In this document: positions 38,242 through 47,518 of the stretch, in pieces | Numbering within the stretch: position 1 is the first letter of the stretch | Layout: each line of letters starts with the position of its first letter | IMG/VR virus record: IMGVR_UViG_3300002029_000005 | Origin: a virus | Reading direction: 5' to 3' (one strand) | DNA length: 64,000 nt | The notes under the pieces: model-generated | What the model was told of the DNA's origin: nothing | Seen by the model: only the letters and a program-made list of their open reading frames with translations | Database searches by the model: none | Made by a program: the position numbers and the translations under genes

Positions 38242-38866
38242 TGCGCTCCTTTGTGATTTCAGTTACAACAGGCTCGTTAACCGGCTGCATCCTTCGATTT
38301 ACAATACTGACATTGAAGCCACCGCCACCATCGTAAGTTGTCCAGCCATAACCTTCGTGTATATGACTGAAGCAATGCACCTTTGGTTTGACTCGCTTTA
38401 CAGCCGCTAACAACTCTTCACAACCTGCATTAACACCTTCGTCTGTTTTGTCCATACAGCCAATAGGAGGGCCATGCGTAACGAGCACATCAGTATCATC
38501 AGGAATGTTGTCCCATGCTTTCTTCATCTGCATGCCTCTTGGCTTCATCCAGTGCCAGCTATAAAACTCTGGCGTCCAAGGCGACCCATAAAACTTAACT
38601 CCATCGATTATCAATGAAGCGTCACAAAGATATTTAACTCCGTGATCGGCACACATAATTTCTGCATGATGGAATGGCTCGTCGTGATTGCCTGAAATCA
38701 GTATTTTATGCTCATGCGATTGTTCGCTCATCCATTTTATGAACTTTGGAAATTCCGCAAATGTATCTCTGCCTGTAAAGTCACCAGTGTGAATCAAAAC
38801 ATCACCATCTGGAACCTGCACAGCCATATGCATCGAATGAGTGCAGCCAAGCATTACTAGTTTCAA
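38231..38866 (-). CDS. Metallophosphoesterase (MPPED/calcineurin-like)
   Basis: GCTHS, HTGD, SGNHD, VTHGPP, FSHIHE motifs. Confidence 0.9.
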   Translation of the reverse strand: MKLVMLGCTHSMHMAVQVPDGDVLIHTGDFTGRDTFAEFPKFIKWMSEQSHEHKILISGNHDEPFHHAEIMCADHGVKYLCDASLIIDGVKFYGSPWTPEFYSWHWMKPRGMQMKKAWDNIPDDTDVLVTHGPPIGCMDKTDEGVNAGCEELLAAVKRVKPKVHCFSHIHEGYGWTTYDGGGGFNVSIVNRRMQPVNEPVVTEITKERIDD

Positions 38867-38886
38867 ACTAAATCACTCCTATGCGT

Positions 38887-41800
38887 TCAGGCGTATTGTT
38901 TTCTGGCGCGTGCTTTCTCACCTTTGCCCTTTCGGGTTTTGCGCTTAGCTGATTGGCCGTACCGATCTTGATAGGCTTCCTGATGGGCTAGGCGCTGCTC
39001 ACTCTCGAATTGCTTGCGCTGTTCGTCTGTTAGTTCTTCGTATGCTAGTTTTTGCATGTGCTTTCCTTTAGTGGCTTGAGGGTTTCTCGGGTGCAATATC
39101 TGGATGCAATTTGCCCCGCTGTGTTAGTTCGTGCAGATAGCCTTGCAGCTCTGCGTCGATCAATTCCATTTTTTTCATATCGTTCTCAGTTGGCTCTGCG
39201 CCATCGTCCATAATGCCCATTATGGAACCGTACAAATGCTGTGCGCCACCAAAGAACGCATCACGTAACTGCTTCTCTTGCGCTGGAACCATGCCGTTCG
39301 GGTAAGCTGTTAGTTTTAAACCAATCCAGCCAGCCTCTATCAGCTTGCCCTGATCGGCAGCTTGTTTCGCAACTTCATCTGCAACGGCTCTCACTTTTTC
39401 GCGCTTATTCATGGATTCTCCATTGCGTTAATGCGCTTTTCCACAGCGCTCTTGATTTCTGGCAGCTTATCGACTGTCAACATGATATCCGCGTCTGCCA
39501 ATTCTTCATTCGTGCAGCGAGCTAGCAACGTAACTTTGTACGTTGACGGCAATAGACTTTCTATCTTGGTTAGATGCTGCTCGATTTCAGAGTGCAGCAG
39601 GTTTAAATCAACACTCAATCTATATTCTCCTTTGTAAATTAAAGCCGGTTACGCATCCGGCGACCTTTCGCAGTCCGAATCAGATAGATATCTTTTGCAC
39701 TGACTTCACGCCGTGATATTTATTCGCCCGTATTTATTAGGCCCGTCACGGTTCGGCTAGGATTCTGCTTTATTTCTTGTCTATTTCAGATGTGCAGGCA
39801 ACGCAATCAGGGCACAGTAGCTCGCCATCAATTCGCTGCCAGCCATGTTTCTTTAAATACTTCATAGCTTCTGTTTTTGTTTCGATGTATTCACCACCAG
39901 ACCATGCAATAGCATCTACTTCGGCTTGAGCGCATCCATGCGTATCACAATAGGCCGTAACCTGATTTATCAATGCCACCTAGCTACTCCCTAACGTTCA
40001 ACGACATTGCCGGATTCGATGCTTGCAATCTGACTGCCTACTGAGCTATTGGATTTCGTAGTAGTGGTCGGTTCTCCACTCCACGGCTCGTCTTTATGCT
40101 CGTTCATTTCGGCTAGTTGCTGAAGCACAACAACTGCATAATCAGCAAGCCTAAAATCTGGAACGCTGCAAGCGCTATCAATGCTGTGCCTATTTAACAA
40201 GTCTCGAAGTTCAATTTCAAATTCATTCCAATTGCCATGTTTTACCATTCTTTTTATGCTCCTTTATGTTCAGTTGCATTGCTGAAATACACCACACCAA
40301 ATAAGCGCCATGATGAATAACATTGCTCCGATGTATGCGGCGCCTATGTGTCCCGACTTTGGATTCCAGAACGGGTAGCCATTAAATTTGTAAGGTATTT
40401 TTATCATCCTATTGATTCTCCTTTGCTTTCAAACTGCCTGCCGCTTTGTACACGGTTCCAATGTCGGCTTGTGGGCCATAATTCAATAGACCAACAATCG
40501 CCATAGCAATCTCATTGTTCCATGCTGGCACATCGCCATATTCAGGATGTGAAACAACGGTGTGACCTTCCGCGCTGTACTTTTTAAACCACAAGGGTTT
40601 CATCGCATCAGCGCTTGCTTCTTCTGTTTCTAGTGCCATGTTATTGAGACTCCTTTGTGTCGGTTGCTTCAATTGTCGCAGCACAGTTATCGCAAAATAA
40701 CTTGTTGCCGTGACGACCTAATGAGACTATCGCAAGCTGCTCGCTTTCATCGAATTTATGACGGCACTTAAAACAGGTTTTTTGTATTTTTATTTTTGTT
40801 TTTAGTCGTGCTTTCTGGTAATCGCCGAATTTAAGCCAATCGCGCTTCACCCATTCAGGCTGAAATGTTGTTGTTCTCGTTTTCGTAAATGACTCCATCG
40901 GCATCTGCAATTACTCCTATGCGCGATCTATCATTTGACTCTTGTACTCGTCGGTGGCTATCTTGCCAAGCTCCACAAGCTCAAACGGGTCGGATGCTAA
41001 CAGCGGCTTTTCACTGCCTTCAAATAAAACAGAATTGCATAATGAACATACCGAGTAATCACCTTGGACATTCGGGTTGCTAGTCACTTTTACCCACTGA
41101 TGATTACAGGCTTGCGCCTTGACAGTGCAATAACATGTGCGGCCCACCTCGTATTTTATTTCATCGAATCCACCAGTTAGTAAAAACGACAGCAGCTTTT
41201 TCAGCACATCGTTTTCACGCTGTATCTGTGAGTAGTCCATAACCACGCTATTTAGTCTCCTTTGTAGCGGAACCTGATCGCAGCGCAACAGGTTGTTGAC
41301 CATCCCACGCTGCACCTGCACCTTTGCGACAACCACGGGCCCATGCAAGCCGAATCATTCTATGTATCCGCATAGACTTACCGGTGTAAATTCCATTTAT
41401 GTATAACGATTCCTCTGCTTGCGCTTTCAGCTCTGGATCATCTTTTGGCATTAACCAGTCAGTGGCCCGCTTAATATATTCTGCCTTTTCAGGTCTCAAC
41501 TTTTAGACTCCTTAACGTGATAAAGGTGATCGACCATTGTTTGGTCAAATCCATAGGTGTCTTTCATTTCCTGATTGATAAAGCCGTGTTCGTCTAGCTT
41601 CTTCATAACGTCCATCAGATACGCTTTTGAAACTTTAGTAGCGACGCTCACGACAACTTGATCACGCCAGTCAGCACCGAGTGTTGAAAAGTTTTCACCA
41701 ATCAACTGATCTATTTTGCTTGACACTCTATGTCTCCTTTATGTTGTTTGCGCCCATGAATTAGGCGCGTTTTGGTTTACGAATACTCGCTTTCCGCTTC

Positions 41801-42454
41801 GGTAAAAGTAGACCACCTTATTGTGCGTGTTTTTGTTTAACGCGCTATAAAGATTCACGCCGCTGGACGTTTGAGGATTCATGTATCGCCCGATGTAATT
41901 ACCTTTTGTGTATTTAGATGCAGGCAATTGCAATTACTCCTTTACGTTGACTTCAATACTTTCAGCGACCTGTTTGCCAATTTGCTTCGCCAATTCGTCT
42001 GCAAGCCTATCGCTTCGAGTAAAGCGGCCATCACTCAATATACTTTCTAATTGCTTTCGCACAATGATATTGAATTCCGATTTATGCAAATACTTTTTCA
42101 ATGCAACATTGACCCGCTCCTGTATCAAATCGTCAATATTCTGATCTAGGTAGTTTCGGGTTATGCCCAAATCGTTAGTGATAAATGTGCGTACTGCATT
42201 ACGCAGTTGGTCATCTGTTATTTGCATTATTGCTCCTATTCGTTAATTGCATCTAAAGCAGATTGAGCCTTTTTAAGCTCCGCTACTCTACTTTTCGCTT
42301 TCTCCATTTCACAATTCAAATCACGTTGCATCTGTTTGTGTAACTGAGTCCCGTTTCCCTTCCAATGCATGCTGTAATACCAAGATGAATCTATCATTTT
42401 TGCAAGTGTGCTTTGTTCTTGCTCAGTGATGTAAATGTCTTCATCAATGTTCAT
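38887..42454 (-). other. Array of about 12 small hypothetical early genes, each with an AAGGAG/AGGAG RBS right after the previous stop
   Basis: Track ORFs 39068..39412, 39409..39618, 39770..39979, 39991..40248, 40409..40684, 40641..40910, 40917..41348, 41248..41499, 41496..41726, 41739..41933, 41934..42227, 42236..42454; repeated CTCCT on the plus strand before each. Confidence 0.7.
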
Positions 42455-42558
42455 AGCTACTCCTTTACAAGTTTTCGTTTAGCCATTGCTGGCATTGTTC
42501 GCGTGTTCCGAAAATGCGCGTGATAGTTGACTTTGACGAATCCGCCAATTCAGCATCT

Positions 42559-42993
42559 TTAAACATGCTCTGACTTTGCCGCAAGCTCTGTCAGTCGCTC
42601 ATGTGCAGCCCAGCATGCCTCAGTGCAACTGGCTTGTCTGTTAAGTTCAACTACCTCGTCAAGATCAGCGTCGCTCATTTTCGGATACCACCTTTTGAAT
42701 AATTTTCGAAGATCATCCCAAGTAGTCACGCCAAAAGGCTTTTTAGGGCTTCTGTCGCGTCTTGGCATATGAACCGGCATCAGCTCTGCCTCACGCTTCC
42801 TTTCCTCTTTGAACGCTTCTTCTCTTGTTGAATACCACTTATGAACTGACAATATAGCGCCTTTAGGTGCAACACCTGTCCACAAGTGATTGACAAGTCT
42901 CTTGTCTGGATTGTTGGTCATCCCGACATATACAACCTCACCCTTGTAAACAATATCGTAAACACACGCCCTATTTGTTTTTTTGCTTCTCAT
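42559..42993 (-). CDS. GIY-YIG nuclease-domain protein
   Basis: VYDIVYKGEVVYVGMTNNPDKRLVNH...EAFKEE. Confidence 0.75.
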   Translation of the reverse strand: MRSKKTNRACVYDIVYKGEVVYVGMTNNPDKRLVNHLWTGVAPKGAILSVHKWYSTREEAFKEERKREAELMPVHMPRRDRSPKKPFGVTTWDDLRKLFKRWYPKMSDADLDEVVELNRQASCTEACWAAHERLTELAAKSEHV

Positions 42994-43135
42994 ATTCTCG
43001 CCTTATCAAGTTCGAAATTACCCAGCTCTGCGACCTGTCTTGATTATCGCAAATCCACTCCAGTTGCTTTTTAGCCTCCGGCGTAATGCGCAAACTCAAT
43101 GCAGTGGTTTTAGTTTGCTTTTTAGATTTCTTCAT
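42971..43135 (-). CDS. Ribbon-helix-helix (Arc/CopG-like) repressor, 54 aa, not in track
   Basis: Hand translation MKKSKKQTKTTALSLRITPEAKKQLEWICDNQDRSQSWVISNLIRREYEKQKNK*. Confidence 0.75.
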   Translation of the reverse strand: MKKSKKQTKTTALSLRITPEAKKQLEWICDNQDRSQSWVISNLIRREYEKQKNK

Positions 43136-43160
43136 ATCTGTAATTATTGCCTGTATATTG

Positions 43161-43206
43161 ATTGTATAGCAATTGTATTGACATAGTCAATTGATGTTGG
43201 TAAAGT
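43161..43206. promoter_or_regulatory. Back-to-back sigma70 promoters sharing a palindrome
   Basis: Plus: TTGACA(43178)-17-TAAAGT with extended TG; minus: TTGACT-18-TACAAT; palindrome ATTGAC-ATA-GTCAAT at 43177-43191. Confidence 0.7.
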
Positions 43207-43294
43207 AACTGTCAATTAGATAAATACGTAAATTAAGGATAGCCACGCTGCACCGAAAGCGAAAGGCTGTCATAAACGCCCAGAACAGAGCAAT

Positions 43295-43396
43295 TGAAAT
43301 GAGTCGAGTTAGCAACAGCTATGAAACACGAGCCGCCATATTTGCGGTGATGGCGACGGTCATCGTTCGCTGGTTTGAATCCAGCCATTTCAGCCA
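43295..43396 (+). ncRNA. Non-canonical tRNA-like RNA (102 nt)
   Basis: Perfect 7-bp acceptor TGAAATG/CATTTCA; T-arm GCTGG-TTTGAAT-CCAGC; discriminator G, encoded CCA; interior not a standard cloverleaf. Confidence 0.7.
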
Positions 43397-43413
43397 TTCA
43401 CGCTAACCCCACT

Positions 43414-43701
43414 ATGCCTGAAGCAATAGAACCACTAGAGCCAATAGATGAATTGGAGCTGGCAAAACAACTGCTGGTTGTGCTGTGGTGTAATCATGAT
43501 CGTGGTGGTATTTCAATGGGTAGAAGTCATGATTCAGTTGTGCTTGAAGCAGCAATGGCTTTGTTAGGTGAACCAGAAACACCGACAGCAATACCACACG
43601 GTCAATTGGTAAGCGATGCGCGTGATTATTTGTCTAGTAAGCGCGCTCTAAAATATCAGTCTGTATCTGATGATTCAGACACTCACGAACCATTCACGTA
43701 A
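43414..43701 (+). CDS. Hypothetical protein
   Basis: ATG at 43414; the track start at 43375 lies inside the tRNA-like RNA. Confidence 0.55.
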   Translation: MPEAIEPLEPIDELELAKQLLVVLWCNHDRGGISMGRSHDSVVLEAAMALLGEPETPTAIPHGQLVSDARDYLSSKRALKYQSVSDDSDTHEPFT

Positions 43702-43722
43702 CCCCCACTTGGTAGCTAGAAT

Positions 43723-44151
43723 ATGCGACAAGTAAAACGATGGAGATACTACTGCGACCACTGCAACAAAGCAGGCGGCAGCAAGTACCACATGGAACGC
43801 CACGAAAAGCGATGCACCGCTAACCCTGATCGTGAGTGTGGATTCTGTATCGAGTTTGGTGATGTTGTACAGCAGCCTGTTAGCGAGCTTATTGAAGTAT
43901 TTGAAGATGCTGGCGGCGGCACTGAAGGGCTAAAAAAGCTGCGAGAAGCTACAGCAAATTGCCCTGCTTGTATATTGGCAACTTTGCGTCAAGCGCCAAG
44001 GGTTGAGGTAGATTCTTTTGATGGAATGGGTGAGCATGGAACGATAGAGATATCAGCGATAACCGATTCAGGGTTTGACTGGAACAAAGAAAGCAAAGCT
44101 GCTTACGCCGAACTCAATGCCGCTCGAAATGAGCAGCAATATTATTATTAA
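43723..44151 (+). CDS. Zinc-binding hypothetical protein
   Basis: YYCDHC...HEKRC, CGFC, CPACI. Confidence 0.65.
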   Translation: MRQVKRWRYYCDHCNKAGGSKYHMERHEKRCTANPDRECGFCIEFGDVVQQPVSELIEVFEDAGGGTEGLKKLREATANCPACILATLRQAPRVEVDSFDGMGEHGTIEISAITDSGFDWNKESKAAYAELNAARNEQQYYY

Positions 44152-44177
44152 CGCATACCCCCACTTTGGACTGAGCA

Positions 44178-44417
44178 ATGATCACATTAAGCGATAGACG
44201 CAAACTTTACTCATGCGGAAACTACTCTCAACACGGCATGGGCGCTAGTGATTCTGCGAGTATCTTAGTGGCCGCTAACAGCTAACAGGAAGCGCTGGGC
44301 TTGGCAATTCAATATGCCAACAAGACTGAATTATTAAACGAAAATTGGAACGTTACACCTGTTGAGTTTGAGGACGATGGCAGCTTTATAATCGCTTCTG
44401 AATTTTCATCAACATAA
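44178..44417 (+). pseudogene. Small gene interrupted by an in-frame TAA
   Basis: Hand translation ...ILVAANS*QEALGLAIQYANKTELL...SST*; stop at 44283-44285. Confidence 0.55.
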
Positions 44418-44444
44418 CCCCAGCAATTACAGGAAATAGAACCA

Positions 44445-44750
44445 ATGACAGCAAAGAAAAAAGCACAGTCGAAAAAGAAATCGACTGCAAAGAAAAAGGC
44501 CAGCGCTAAAAAGCAGGCTAGTTCAACACACAACCATTACGGTCATACTGTTTCTGACTCTCATATTGAGGTTAAGCCTGAAGTGAAAATATCGGCTGAA
44601 CACTTAAACAGCGTGGACACGATCGCAGGCGCATTAAAGGCGAATGCCGAGGGCTTGAAGAGCTTGGCATCAGCGCTAGCCTTTGAGCAAGCGCCAGATA
44701 TTAATGTTACTGCGATGCGCTTTGAAGCTGCCACGCCGAATAATGATTAG
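44445..44750 (+). CDS. Protein with a histone-like Lys/Ala-rich N-terminus
   Basis: MTAKKKAQSKKKSTAKKKASAKK. Confidence 0.6.
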   Translation: MTAKKKAQSKKKSTAKKKASAKKQASSTHNHYGHTVSDSHIEVKPEVKISAEHLNSVDTIAGALKANAEGLKSLASALAFEQAPDINVTAMRFEAATPNND

Positions 44751-44895
44751 CGGTTACATAAAATCAGCTCTTCTAAAATGCCGGATAGCATGGGCAAACC
44801 GCAAAGCGGAAAAGGCCCGAGAGCGGCTTGTATTGGCTGAGGATGACTATAGACAGCGGTGTATAGAATTGGATGCGCTGGAACAATCACGTTAA
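44743..44895 (+). CDS. Hypothetical protein
   Basis: MISGYIKSALL start overlapping the previous gene end. Confidence 0.45.
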   Translation: MISGYIKSALLKCRIAWANRKAEKARERLVLAEDDYRQRCIELDALEQSR

Positions 44896-44913
44896 CCCCG
44901 GCCAGGACAGACT

Positions 44914-45237
44914 ATGCAGCACGACGAACAGTGGCTTGAGAAAGAGCATTTAATTGATGAGATTGGCGGCATTGATGCGCATACAAACATCACGCAAATG
45001 GAAGCGACCATTGCAAAGAAATATCAAGAACACATGCAGCGCCTTATGCCTGCCCATCAGTATCACGAAGATATGGGGCCGGTACTTTGGCATCGATTGC
45101 CTGTTGTAGAGCCTCCGCACGTAGGCTCAACGTTGGATGAGGGCTGGTTCGATGAGCCTGTTCATATACTCAGAAAAGGCGAAACCAATGCCGAGTATTA
45201 CACTCATTTTCAGCTAATCCACATACCTGAACATTAA
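44914..45237 (+). CDS. Hypothetical protein
   Basis: RBS and co-orientation. Confidence 0.55.
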   Translation: MQHDEQWLEKEHLIDEIGGIDAHTNITQMEATIAKKYQEHMQRLMPAHQYHEDMGPVLWHRLPVVEPPHVGSTLDEGWFDEPVHILRKGETNAEYYTHFQLIHIPEH

Positions 45238-45255
45238 CCCCCGGACGGGAACATA

Positions 45256-45504
45256 ATGCAGCACACTATTAAAGAAACCACTTACAGCGCTAGGAAATCA
45301 TCGGGTTCACATTACACGGTAGATCGACATATTGGCGACACGCAAATGCGTGATATTGCAATGGTTTCGACGATACCAAACTTCGAGCTTACCTATGGCG
45401 GTAAGGGGCATAAATGCACCAGCGTTAAGGATGCGGTAGAGAAGCTTGCGAAGCTTGATCATGGCTCAGAAGAGCATGACAATCACCTCAAGCAAGCGGC
45501 TTGA
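45256..45504 (+). CDS. Hypothetical protein
   Basis: RBS and co-orientation. Confidence 0.55.
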   Translation: MQHTIKETTYSARKSSGSHYTVDRHIGDTQMRDIAMVSTIPNFELTYGGKGHKCTSVKDAVEKLAKLDHGSEEHDNHLKQAA

Positions 45505-45538
45505 ACGCAACCCCCCCCTCTTTAAATAGGAGATAAGC

Positions 45539-45942
45539 ATGGCAGCATCGCCAAAGTACAAGATATTCTCATCTGATGATGAATACCGAGGTTCAGCAAA
45601 ATACGCAGAAGATGCGGCAGCTTTTGCGGGTAGTCTCGGTGTTGGCGCTACTATCAGGCTAGGTCATGCTAAATCAGATATTGTTGCAGTTATGGATGAT
45701 GAACTTGTAGACAGCGTTGATGAAACTGCCTGCGTGATCCATGACAAAGAAGATTTACGGAAGGCTCAATCTGAAGCGAAAAGAAAGCGTTTCAGCCAAG
45801 CCTTGTGGCTGGCTACCGGATATGCCAAACAGAGTTAGCACCTGATAGCAGCGTTTTGTCGGATGATGAGATCATGGAAAAGATCGAGAAAAACAGACAC
45901 CTTTTGCGCGTTGAAATTAACCGTATTTTTGAATCAACATAA
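45539..45942 (+). CDS. Hypothetical protein, probably frameshifted near 45780
   Basis: Track ORF ends at 45838; the -1 frame continues as ...ELAPDSSVLSDDEIMEKIEK...FEST* to 45942, followed by the CCC motif. Confidence 0.45.
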
Positions 45943-46174
45943 CCCATGATTAACACAACCTCCAGACAACGGACGAACGCATGACAGACCGAATACGAAC
46001 ACTGACAGTTATCTTAGACAAAGAAATGCGCACTGATGACGTGCAGTGCGTTGTCGATGCTATTCATATGGTTAAATATGTTAACTCGGAATTATGTAGC
46101 AGTTGCACAAGGACGTGCAGCTGCGAAAACGGAGGGTTTAGCCACTCAAGTAGTGGCTGGTGATTACCGCGTCC

Positions 46175-46579
46175 TTAATTTTTTGGATGTTTGCCTCGTG
46201 CAATGTCAATTCGCACATCCCTCATATCGGCGTACCTTCCGTAGCTACTCCAGTTAGCTTGCCCATTCGGTTTATCGTCGTGAGACCTAAACTCGATCCT
46301 GCCAGCAACACTCTGTCCAGCCCTGTCTGTTTTAAACGTATCGCTGTAAGTGATATCGAAAACACGTATTTCAGACAAGTCGCCATTAGCGTCGTCGGCA
46401 TCAATAAGCAGTTCCTCAGTAAACAACTCAATACGATCAACTACTTTGCTTTCCCCTACACCCACAACGTCCATGTTGTTACTATTTTTAGAAAGAAGAT
46501 TCCCATTCTTGGCGCTGTTCACTTTGGACAAATAGCAAATATCATAGATCGTTGCGCCACCCGCACTGTAAAAGGTCAC
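46175..46579 (-). CDS. Hypothetical protein
   Basis: 134 aa, convergent with the early operon. Confidence 0.45.
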   Translation of the reverse strand: MTFYSAGGATIYDICYLSKVNSAKNGNLLSKNSNNMDVVGVGESKVVDRIELFTEELLIDADDANGDLSEIRVFDITYSDTFKTDRAGQSVAGRIEFRSHDDKPNGQANWSSYGRYADMRDVRIDIARGKHPKN

Positions 46580-46601
46580 AGTAACGCACTAACACACCTT
46601 T

Positions 46602-47065
46602 GCTCTTAGGCTTTGCGTGTGGTAGGACACACGCAAAGCCTTTGAGCCGGAATCCGTAACGGGTGGGACGTGTTCCACCTGATAGGAGGACACCGTGTAG
46701 TGGTTACTACGGTTGCTATTTTAGCAAAAATCCCTCCATCAGGCCAGTCGACAACCCCATCACAACCAACTACAGGTACTCAATATGAGTGTTTGTGCGT
46801 GGCCCAAAGCGGTATATGTGCGTCAGTACGTACGGTTTCGCTTCGGGAGGTTGGAGATAGTAAGGCAGCACTGCCGTAGCTTTCCTAACCAAAATAGCGC
46901 CTATCAATTAGCGCTCTAATCGCTAAGAGATAGGAATTTTCAATGCGTTAGATAGCGCGGGTACTGCTGGACCTCCAATCCAGTGGAAGGAGGCGTGAGG
47001 TGATGCATAGTCAACCTCTTGCTAGGAAGGAGGCGTGAGGTGATGCATAGTCAACCTCTTGCTAG
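46602..47065. ncRNA. Long structured non-coding region (candidate ncRNA or leader)
   Basis: At least six hand-identified helices, including a perfect 13-bp stem and a three-way junction; no credible long ORF. Confidence 0.55.
46985..47064 (+). repeat. Exact 40-bp tandem duplication
   Basis: GGAAGGAGGCGTGAGGTGATGCATAGTCAACCTCTTGCTA x2. Confidence 0.95.
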
Positions 47066-47141
47066 AAGATGATTATGGCACATGGATCGTGCTAACAAGC
47101 ATTACCAATAATCATTTTTAATTATTTAGGAAAAGTAAAAT

Positions 47142-47315
47142 ATGGCAGTATCGAAGAAGCCTGCCCCGCTAAAGCCGGGGCAATCAGTTACGGACTCTGG
47201 AATTTACAGTGTACCGGGTCGGCGATCAACTCTTGTTAAGGGTGAGCCGGCACCGCCAACTCCCAAGAAAGGCCAGAAGTGGAGGCAGGTGGTAGACACC
47301 AACCCTGACAATTAG
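47142..47315 (+). CDS. YjzC-like small protein (57 aa, not in track)
   Basis: Hand translation ...LKPGQSVTDSGIY...STLVKGEPAPPTPKKGQKW... Confidence 0.7.
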   Translation: MAVSKKPAPLKPGQSVTDSGIYSVPGRRSTLVKGEPAPPTPKKGQKWRQVVDTNPDN

Positions 47316-47518
47316 TTAGGCGTTGCATTGTCCTGCAAGCTGTTTGAGGCAGCTTGCAGGTCTTTAGCTACAGATATTCGGTCGTGCTCAGAGTTCTGCA
47401 CGTCATGAACTATGAAGTGAAAACCATCTTTGTCGTGAATAAACTCGACAGTGTATTTTACCGGTTGCTTTTCAAGTTTTTTCGACCAAATTGAAGTAAC
47501 GTTGCTGTCCATAAACAT
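47312..47518 (-). CDS. Hypothetical protein
   Basis: 68 aa, convergent with the YjzC-like gene. Confidence 0.5.
   Translation of the reverse strand: MFMDSNVTSIWSKKLEKQPVKYTVEFIHDKDGFHFIVHDVQNSEHDRISVAKDLQAASNSLQDNATPN

Noticed and set aside
37630-42460. Recurring CTCCT motif as a repeat family
   Set aside because: It is the reverse complement of ordinary AGGAG ribosome-binding sites
43151-43170. SOS box at the early promoter (CTGTATAT...)
   Set aside because: The right half-site ACAG is absent
46644-46680. GAGCCGG as a group II intron domain V start
   Set aside because: The following sequence does not form the ~34-nt D5 hairpin with a GNRA loop
46678-46745. CTGATAG as a hammerhead ribozyme core
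   Set aside because: Lacks the CUGANGA and GAAA core arrangement
46602-46860. CsrB/RsmZ-like sponge for the phage CsrA
   Set aside because: GGA count is not clearly above chance and only one GGA lies in a hairpin loop
46985-47064. 40-bp repeat as a mini CRISPR array
   Set aside because: Two copies abut with no spacer; no cas genes and no further copies seen
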